DNA of 64,000 nucleotides from Candidatus Firestoneibacteriota bacterium (GTDB lineage Bacteria; Oederibacteriota; D2-FULL-39-29; JBBTED01): NCBI GenBank assembly GCA_038042445.1, contig JBBTED010000021.1, positions 68,085 to 132,084 of the forward strand, read 5' to 3'. Shown piece by piece: positions 56,987 to 64,000 of this stretch (position 1 is its first letter; each line of letters starts with the position of its first letter). The notes under the pieces were generated by a model. It saw only the letters and a program-made list of their open reading frames with translations, ran no database searches and was not told where the DNA came from. The position numbers and the translations under genes were made by a program.

Positions 56987-58182
56987 AATTTCACCATAGA
57001 CAGAACTGCCTTTGCAGCTTTTTGCGCTGCACCAACACTACCTAACATTAATTTAACTCCTGCAAGTTCCTGTTTGATTTCTGCAATTTTTTTATCATTG
57101 TTAAAGATTTTTATTGTTTCTTCTGCTAATCTTTCCGCAGTAACATTACTTTGTAATAATTCCGTAACAATTTCTTTTTTAGCAAGTATATTCGGCAAAC
57201 CTATATATTTAATTCTAACAAGCAAACGCGCAATTATATACGTTAATATAGATGTCTTATAAACTATAATCATTGGCGTATTTAAACAAGTTGCTTCCAA
57301 AGTAACAGTTCCTGAAGCAACTAATGCAAGAGTTGAAATATTCAAAATATCATAATTTTTATCTTCAACAATATCTATCAGATTTTCACAACCCTGTTGA
57401 ATTAAAATATCCTGCACTTGCTTTTTAGAAATAGAAGGCGCCAGTGCCAGCAAAAACCTCATATTACTTTTTAGTTTTTCGTTTTGAGATCCTTCGCTAT
57501 CGCTCAGAGCTTGCCCTGAATTTATTTCAGGGATGACCCTTTGGGTCATTTTACATGCCTTTGCCATTACAGGAAGAAGTCTTTTTATTTCCTGCTCACG
57601 ACTTCCGGGAAACAGACTTAAAACTTTTTCGCCTGTCTTTATTCCAAAATGCAAATATGCATCATTAACTGACATACTCGGTTTAACAATATCCAAAACA
57701 GGATGCCCTACAAATTCTACAGGTATATTATAGTCTTTATAGAGCTTCTCTTCAAATGAAAAAATAACGAGCATTTTATCAACATATTTCTGTATTTTTT
57801 TTATTCGCCCTTTACCCCACACCCATACCTGCGGACTTATATAGTATATCACAGTAATGCCCAAACTTTTAGCATACTCAGCAATACGCAAATTAAACCC
57901 GGGATAATCAATCAAAATTACAGCATCAGGTTTTTCATCTCTCAAAATCTCTTTACACCTGTTTAATGCCTGTTTCAAAATAAAATAATTCTTAAGTATA
58001 CCTGTAAACCCCATTATCGGTATTTTTGCAAGTTCAAATCTAATATCAACCCCAGCTTCTGCCATTTCATTTCCACCATACCCTAAAAATTGAACAAACG
58101 AATTGATTTTCTTGATTTCTCTAACTAAATTTGCCCCATGCAAATCCCCAGATAATTCCCCAGCAATAACAAAAATTTTCAT
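56983..58182 (-). CDS. lpxB: Lipid-A-disaccharide synthase
   Basis: MKIFVIAGELSGDLHGANLV N-terminus and GT-B family-19 architecture. Contains a probable in-frame palindromic insert at 57512-57538. Confidence 0.88.
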   Translation of the reverse strand: MKIFVIAGELSGDLHGANLVREIKKINSFVQFLGYGGNEMAEAGVDIRFELAKIPIMGFTGILKNYFILKQALNRCKEILRDEKPDAVILIDYPGFNLRIAEYAKSLGITVIYYISPQVWVWGKGRIKKIQKYVDKMLVIFSFEEKLYKDYNIPVEFVGHPVLDIVKPSMSVNDAYLHFGIKTGEKVLSLFPGSREQEIKRLLPVMAKACKMTQRVIPEINSGQALSDSEGSQNEKLKSNMRFLLALAPSISKKQVQDILIQQGCENLIDIVEDKNYDILNISTLALVASGTVTLEATCLNTPMIIVYKTSILTYIIARLLVRIKYIGLPNILAKKEIVTELLQSNVTAERLAEETIKIFNNDKKIAEIKQELAGVKLMLGSVGAAQKAAKAVLSMVKL

Positions 58183-58185
58183 ACT

Positions 58186-60147
58186 CTACCCTTCCAAAAT
58201 ATGCTTTTTATGTTTTACTAAAGTTAATTTGTTGCCCTCACCAGTATTAATTTCATATTTAACCTCATCCATAAGCTGATATATTATATATCTGCCTCTC
58301 CCTCTGCGTTTTAATTGTGCAAGATCATCATCATTAGGCATTACTGATAAATCAGGAGACAATGACTCACCTGTATCTATCATAATTATCACAAATTTAT
58401 CTTCATCTGACCAAACAGATATGTTGATATCATTTTCAGGAATAAAACTATACGCATGTTCTATTATATTTGCCACAGCCTCATCAGATGCAAGTGTTAT
58501 ATTTGAAATTGTCTCTTCATCAAATCCCTCTTTATGTGCAATATCTCCGATAAACTGACGCACAGCTCCTAAATACATAGCATTACTTTTTATTTTTAAC
58601 TCCAATTTCTGCCCCAAAATATCCTTTCGTTCTTCCTGCAATATTTTCAACTTCTGATTTTTTGTTAAATCTAAACATTTAAAAGCCACAACAGTAATAT
58701 CATCATTCTGAGAAGAATCGCCTGCCCACTTTTTAATTTCAGATTCAAGTTTTTCTATAATATCAGATATTTTATTTCCCCTCTCTTTTATTAACAATTC
58801 TATTAATCTATCCTGACCGAATTCTTCTTTAATTTTATTCATTGCCTCATGGACACCATCTGTATAAAAAACCAAAATATCATCGGGTTTCAGTGTAATT
58901 GTCCAATCTTTTATTGCTTTATCAAAAAGCGGCCCCCTGTCAAATCCCAATGCGAGTCCGCTTTTGCCAATTTCTTTGCATTCACCATTACTATTTAACA
59001 AAAGCACAGGATAATGACCTGCATTTGCAAAAGTAAGCGTCATCTTTGCGACATCTAATATCGCATATAACATTGTTACAAACATCCCTCTTCGGACATC
59101 ATCATAAAAAATCGTGTTAGTTTTGGATAAAACTTTTGAAGGATTAACAGAATACCTGACATTAGATCTTAAAATGCTTCTTGCAGTTGCCATAACTAAA
59201 GAACCTGGAATTCCTTTACCTGCAACGTCAGCAATTACAATTGCTATCCTATTACTATCTAAAAAAATAAAATCATAATAATCTCCCCCTACTTCTTTAG
59301 CACTTTTATATAAGGTTTTAAATTCATATCCATCTATTTGTGGACATTCTTTCGGAAGTAATGTGGTCTGGATTCCTCTTGCGATTTGTATTTCTTTACC
59401 CAGTATCTCTTTTTCAATCATATCCAATTGTGCTTTCTTTAATTTAACTATCATATCATTAAAAACATTAGATAAATCCTCTATTTCATCGCCTGATGAA
59501 ATAGAAATTTTTGCATCTAAATTACCTTCCCCAATTTTTTTTACACCATTTGCCAACATCTTAAGTGGATGCATAATATAAGTAACAGCACCTAATGATA
59601 CTACTATGCCTAAAATTAATACTGCACAAGTCACAGTTATTATTAAATCCTGTATATATTCGATTGTCCAATTTATTTCCTTGTCAGAGAAACCAACTCT
59701 TGCAATTCCCAATTTTTTATTCTCCACATAAATAGGCATTGACATATCATATATTCCTTCTTTTTCTTTTTTGAAGTATTGAACCAACAATTTATTTGAA
59801 TTTTTTATATTTTCCGAAATTAAATCCGACAAAATTTTACCCTTTTTAATACTTTGGTCAGAATGAACTATAATTTCTCCATTTTTACCGATAAGCATTG
59901 CATATATGACTGACTTGTCCTGAAGCAATTTATCAATATGTATTGACATTAACATCTCATCACCTGTTAAAATAGCTTCTTCTGAATTTGCAGCTAAATT
60001 TATTGTTAAAGCTTCACCTTTCTTTTTTAATGCCTCAATTAAAGGTTCTTTAATTTTGGTATTTAATATCAAAACCAATACGACAATTAAAATACACATC
60101 AATATACTTACTAATATCATAATTTTAAATTTTATTGATAATTTCAT
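58186..60147 (-). CDS. Membrane sensor with HAMP, PP2C (SpoIIE-type) phosphatase and C-terminal anti-sigma-like HATPase domain
   Basis: TM/periplasmic region, HAMP (LKMLANGVKKIGEGNLDAKI), PP2C core (GGDYYDF...ADVAGKG), C-terminal RsbW-like ATPase segment. Confidence 0.65.
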   Translation of the reverse strand: MKLSIKFKIMILVSILMCILIVVLVLILNTKIKEPLIEALKKKGEALTINLAANSEEAILTGDEMLMSIHIDKLLQDKSVIYAMLIGKNGEIIVHSDQSIKKGKILSDLISENIKNSNKLLVQYFKKEKEGIYDMSMPIYVENKKLGIARVGFSDKEINWTIEYIQDLIITVTCAVLILGIVVSLGAVTYIMHPLKMLANGVKKIGEGNLDAKISISSGDEIEDLSNVFNDMIVKLKKAQLDMIEKEILGKEIQIARGIQTTLLPKECPQIDGYEFKTLYKSAKEVGGDYYDFIFLDSNRIAIVIADVAGKGIPGSLVMATARSILRSNVRYSVNPSKVLSKTNTIFYDDVRRGMFVTMLYAILDVAKMTLTFANAGHYPVLLLNSNGECKEIGKSGLALGFDRGPLFDKAIKDWTITLKPDDILVFYTDGVHEAMNKIKEEFGQDRLIELLIKERGNKISDIIEKLESEIKKWAGDSSQNDDITVVAFKCLDLTKNQKLKILQEERKDILGQKLELKIKSNAMYLGAVRQFIGDIAHKEGFDEETISNITLASDEAVANIIEHAYSFIPENDINISVWSDEDKFVIIMIDTGESLSPDLSVMPNDDDLAQLKRRGRGRYIIYQLMDEVKYEINTGEGNKLTLVKHKKHILEG

Positions 60148-62081
60148 TTATTGTTTTCAACTCCTGCAAATATTATTTCTACACGCCTATTTTTAGCTCT
60201 GCCTTCTTCAGTATCATTACTTGCAATAGGCTTTGTATCTCCATAACCTTCTACAGTTAATTTATCTGTAGATATTCCATTTTTAACAAAATAATAATAA
60301 ACATTTTTGGCTCTTTCTTTTGAGAGTTCCATATTTGAAGTAAAAGGAGAATTAGATGACACAGGAGTATTATCTGTATGGCCTTCTATCTTAACTACTG
60401 CATCCGGATATTTTTTAAATAGCCCTATTATTTTCTCTAACATAGCAAATGCTTCCGTCTTAATATCAGCACTTCCTGAACTAAAAAGCATTTTGTCTCC
60501 AAGTGTTACACGACTTGAAATTGTTCCATCCTTTTCCTTTTGAATAGTAATAGCAGGTTCAAGTTCCGTTGATTTCGCATAAAATCTTCCAGTAGTCTGC
60601 GTCTTTCTTCCAGCCATATCAAAAACAATTGCTGTTATGAAATTTTCTCCTTCTTTTAAATTAACAGTTGCATAATAAGTCCGTTTATCTTTATTTAACA
60701 CTGCTAATACATTACCGGGCTCAATAATTATTTTGTCTATGTTGGATTTGTTATATGTTCCTCCAATAGTTTGCATACCAATATTCATTATACTATCTAA
60801 CGTAGTAATAGTTATTTCAGGTTTAATAGTATCTACTGTTATTGTCTGCCTAATCTCATTTGAATTACCATCAGAATCTATTGCCTGAAATTTAAGATTG
60901 TAAACATTATTTTGGCTCTGCAACTGCGAGAAATTCCATTGCACACAAAATTCCCCTTTAGATATTTCATTAATCTGAACCCCTTTTGATGTCCATATAT
61001 CTGAAAATGTAGCAGTGCTGTATTCAAATTTAACGTCTTTTATAGAAGTTTTACCTTTTGCGAAACAAGTTATTTTCAAATCAGATGATATATCCGTAAC
61101 ATAACTTTTTGGTAAAATCAATTTTACTTCAGGAATAATCTTATCATAACGTCCAATTCCATTATCTGTTCCAAGCCATATATAATTTCCATCTACTTGA
61201 AGTGCAGCAACAGAACTATCTATTAACCCATCAGAAGAAGTATACTGCTTCCAAAGTTTATTTCTGTTATCAAACATACTTATTCCAGCAAATGTTCCAC
61301 ACCACATATAATTTCCATCTACTATTATAGATTGCAAAAAATCATCACCAAGACCATCTTTACCTGAATACTGCTTCCATATTTTATCTATTTTATTATA
61401 AATTCGTACACCACCTCCATTTGTCCCTGCCCATATATTTCCACTTTCTATAGCCAATACTATATTCGTATACATACTGGTCGATGGCACATACAATTCC
61501 CATTTGTCTCTTATTCTATCATAAACATTCACAGCAGCACCAACTGTTCCCACAAAAACATTGTCACCTTCAAAAACTATTGCCTTAATAACATTATGAA
61601 AAAGTCCATCTTTAGTAAAGTAATTTTTAAATGCTTTTTTTGATTTATCAAATACACTTACTCCATTATTTGTCCCCATCCATAATTCATTACCTATAAG
61701 CACCATTGTATTAATATTGTTATCCGACAAGCCATCTTTTTGTGTATAACTAAACCAAGTGTTCGTAGTTTTGTAAAAACCAGATAATCCTAAAGATGTT
61801 CCAAACCAAACAATATCTTTATCTACTATTATGCTTCTTATATCATCTGAAACCAATCCATCTCTCATAGTAAAATTCTTAAATACCTTTTTTTCTTTTA
61901 TAAAACAACTTACACCTTTAGATGTCCCAATCCATACATTATCAGAATCCACAGCTATTGTCTTAATAGAATTATGTATTATTCCATCTTTTAATGTCCA
62001 ATTTTCCCATGTTTGCGTATGAACCAGTGAAGGCATCAACAAAACCAATAAGATAATTCCACTTCTATAAAAACTATTCAT
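60144..62081 (-). CDS. Beta-propeller (two-component-regulator propeller repeats) protein with C-terminal OmpA-like domain
   Basis: Repeated W/GT/NG propeller blades over about 400 aa, Ig-like middle region, C-terminal OmpA motif (NRRVEI, TD..G....N..LS..RA). Confidence 0.65.
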   Translation of the reverse strand: MNSFYRSGIILLVLLMPSLVHTQTWENWTLKDGIIHNSIKTIAVDSDNVWIGTSKGVSCFIKEKKVFKNFTMRDGLVSDDIRSIIVDKDIVWFGTSLGLSGFYKTTNTWFSYTQKDGLSDNNINTMVLIGNELWMGTNNGVSVFDKSKKAFKNYFTKDGLFHNVIKAIVFEGDNVFVGTVGAAVNVYDRIRDKWELYVPSTSMYTNIVLAIESGNIWAGTNGGGVRIYNKIDKIWKQYSGKDGLGDDFLQSIIVDGNYMWCGTFAGISMFDNRNKLWKQYTSSDGLIDSSVAALQVDGNYIWLGTDNGIGRYDKIIPEVKLILPKSYVTDISSDLKITCFAKGKTSIKDVKFEYSTATFSDIWTSKGVQINEISKGEFCVQWNFSQLQSQNNVYNLKFQAIDSDGNSNEIRQTITVDTIKPEITITTLDSIMNIGMQTIGGTYNKSNIDKIIIEPGNVLAVLNKDKRTYYATVNLKEGENFITAIVFDMAGRKTQTTGRFYAKSTELEPAITIQKEKDGTISSRVTLGDKMLFSSGSADIKTEAFAMLEKIIGLFKKYPDAVVKIEGHTDNTPVSSNSPFTSNMELSKERAKNVYYYFVKNGISTDKLTVEGYGDTKPIASNDTEEGRAKNRRVEIIFAGVENNK

Positions 62082-62096
62082 ACTTGCCCCTCCAAA

Positions 62097-63254
62097 TTAC
62101 TCATTTCCCTGTAAAATCCTAATCTTGTTTTTTGCACGTTTTAAATATAAAAGTGCTTTTTCTTCTTCTGGGTTTAATTCAAGAATACGCTCCCATATAT
62201 CTATAGCATCCTTTAAATTGTTCTGCCTGTAATAAAAAATACCCTGAGCCAAATCAGCTTTAATTATATATTCCTTAATTTCAGAATTATCTGGATCATA
62301 TTTTAATGCAGTTTGCCATTCATTTATTGCTTTAAGATAATTACCTTCATTATATTCACTTATACCTTTTTGATAATATTTATTTATTTTTTCCTCATAT
62401 TTATCTTTCGCTTCTTTTATATAATATTTTGCTTTTTCATTTATAGGGTCAATATTCAATACATTTTTCCATTCATTTATAGCTTTTGCATACTGATTTT
62501 GTTCATAATATTTCATTCCTTCTTTAAAATATCCATCAACTATCATATTGAAAAATTTTAAAGTGTCTTCATGTTTTGGATTAAGATTTAAAATTTTTCG
62601 ACAGTTTTCTATTGCTAATTGCAAATTGCCAGATTTATAACCACTCATTGCATCATTATAATAAGTCAATATTATATCTTTTGTCTGCATCTGTGATTTT
62701 AATTCCTGATTTGCAGTAGAAATCAATTTCACAAGATTAGGATAATCAGGAACTTTTGCAAGTAAAAACTGCCATTCTTCAATTGCTTTAATATAATTTC
62801 GTTTCTCATAGTAATTTGAACCAATATTATACAAGCGTATAATCTCAGCTTTTATATTTATTATTTTATCCTGTGCATTTTTATTGTCAATATCCACTGC
62901 CAATATTGCATTCAATTCTTCTAATGCCTCTTTCCATTTATCATCTTTATAATAATCCTCAGCAAACTTAGTATGTTTTATAATTAGTTCATTCAATTTT
63001 TCAGTTGCAATATTTATATATTTGCCGGCAAATTCATCTGTAGAATCCAGAATTAATATTTCCTTCCATTCCAATATTGCATCTTTAAATCTACCACTTT
63101 GATAATAATCCATTGCTACAGAATGCCGTCTTGAAATACTTTCTTTTAATGAAAATAATAATGTTTTCTCTTTTCCCATAGCAACAGAAAAACTATGTAT
63201 AATTAAAATAACTATACAATAGATATATACAATAAATTTTTTGTTGATTTTCAT
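62097..63254 (-). CDS. TPR repeat protein (secreted/anchored)
   Basis: Signal/anchor MKINKKFIVYIYCIVILIIHSFS, then many TPR units (AIEEWQ..L..DP...). Confidence 0.6.
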   Translation of the reverse strand: MKINKKFIVYIYCIVILIIHSFSVAMGKEKTLLFSLKESISRRHSVAMDYYQSGRFKDAILEWKEILILDSTDEFAGKYINIATEKLNELIIKHTKFAEDYYKDDKWKEALEELNAILAVDIDNKNAQDKIINIKAEIIRLYNIGSNYYEKRNYIKAIEEWQFLLAKVPDYPNLVKLISTANQELKSQMQTKDIILTYYNDAMSGYKSGNLQLAIENCRKILNLNPKHEDTLKFFNMIVDGYFKEGMKYYEQNQYAKAINEWKNVLNIDPINEKAKYYIKEAKDKYEEKINKYYQKGISEYNEGNYLKAINEWQTALKYDPDNSEIKEYIIKADLAQGIFYYRQNNLKDAIDIWERILELNPEEEKALLYLKRAKNKIRILQGNE

Positions 63255-63290
63255 CTTGTTTGTTTTACATCATTAAACGCATATAACAAA

Positions 63291-63968
63291 TTATAAAATA
63301 TATTTATAACTTTCCGGGCCACAATTAAAAAGTAAATCTATTGCAGACATATATGGTTCAAATCCATCATAAGCCTGCGGATACTCAGGATAGGTAAAAT
63401 TCTGATATACAAGTTGTAATTTATTATTTTTTAATGCTTCTTCATCTAAGTAATCTCTCGCACCTATACCAGATAAATATGTGTCAGCATTTAGTTTCTT
63501 ACATATTTTAATTATCCTATCCGTTTTTGTTCCATCTATATCAAGTTTTGACTCATAATAAATAGGAATATCGATTTTGAAATTCTTTAACAAATAAAAT
63601 ATTATTTTTAGATTTAAATCGCATAATCTATTCCAATCCCGAGAATAAACCTCTTCAAAGAAAACATTGTGTTCTGAAAAATATTTTGTTTTTGAATATG
63701 CCATACAAATACTTTTATAATGACTTTTTGCCCAACTCTCTGTATTGTCTATTTCAACCTCACTTATTTTTTGTTCAAATTTTCCCTTAGTAACAACTGG
63801 AACAGTCAACCATATTCCTCCATCTTTGGTCCTTATTTTATTTCTATTCTGGAATTCTCTCTTTTTATACTGAACATTGTCCAAAAATACAAACATATCA
63901 CTTTTGGCAATTTTGTTAAAATATCCAAGCCAAGGTAAATATTGCGGTTGATGAACAGAAATAATCAT
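63291..63968 (-). CDS. WbqC-family protein (LPS/O-antigen associated, function unknown)
   Basis: MIISVHQPQYLPWLGYFNKIAKSDMFVFLDNVQY matches the conserved WbqC N-terminus. Confidence 0.7.
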   Translation of the reverse strand: MIISVHQPQYLPWLGYFNKIAKSDMFVFLDNVQYKKREFQNRNKIRTKDGGIWLTVPVVTKGKFEQKISEVEIDNTESWAKSHYKSICMAYSKTKYFSEHNVFFEEVYSRDWNRLCDLNLKIIFYLLKNFKIDIPIYYESKLDIDGTKTDRIIKICKKLNADTYLSGIGARDYLDEEALKNNKLQLVYQNFTYPEYPQAYDGFEPYMSAIDLLFNCGPESYKYIL

Positions 63969-64000
63969 AATCTTATCACTTGTCAGGCAAGATGCCTGAC

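Noticed and set aside
63968-64000. Inverted repeat GTCAGGCAAGATGCCTGAC at the window edge
   Set aside because: It is truncated by the window end. It could be a terminator for the next minus-strand gene, but there is insufficient context.

Overview
This is an AT-rich (about 33% GC), Gram-negative-type bacterial segment (msbA and lpxB present; many TPR proteins; sigma-54 regulators; multiheme cytochromes). Every convincing gene lies on the minus strand. The left 12 kb holds a complete type I-C CRISPR-Cas locus: an array of 12 identical 32-nt repeats (1480-2244), an AT-rich leader, then cas2, cas1, cas4, cas7, cas8c, cas5 and cas3. It sits between a yebC-ruvC unit and housekeeping genes. The operon carries one extra gene: a full-length YhcG/DUF1016 PD-(D/E)XK nuclease between cas5 and cas8c, with ATGA stop/start overlaps at both ends. 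This is the most unusual feature of the window. A TatD-radical-SAM fusion and a DUF1537 kinase lie directly upstream of cas3. The remainder encodes clpXP and tig, a GH57 enzyme, a tungstate/molybdate-type ABC transporter with a ModE-like regulator, hemA with a hemX-like gene, ilvHBD, hisAF, msbA-lpxB and two tRNAs (Arg-CCT, Val-TAC). It also holds a candidate extracellular-electron-transfer island at 36-48 kb. That island has an MtrA-like decaheme cytochrome with an MtrB/PioB-like porin, driven by a perfect sigma-54 promoter with an upstream inverted-repeat enhancer. It also has a Cyc2-like cytochrome-porin fusion and two paralogous two-component systems whose sensor kinases carry periplasmic CxxCH motifs; one kinase is split by an in-frame TAG. 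The window carries at least five families of small palindromic repeats. Two of them are inserted in-frame inside coding sequences or supply the last codons of genes, as Rickettsia palindromic elements do.
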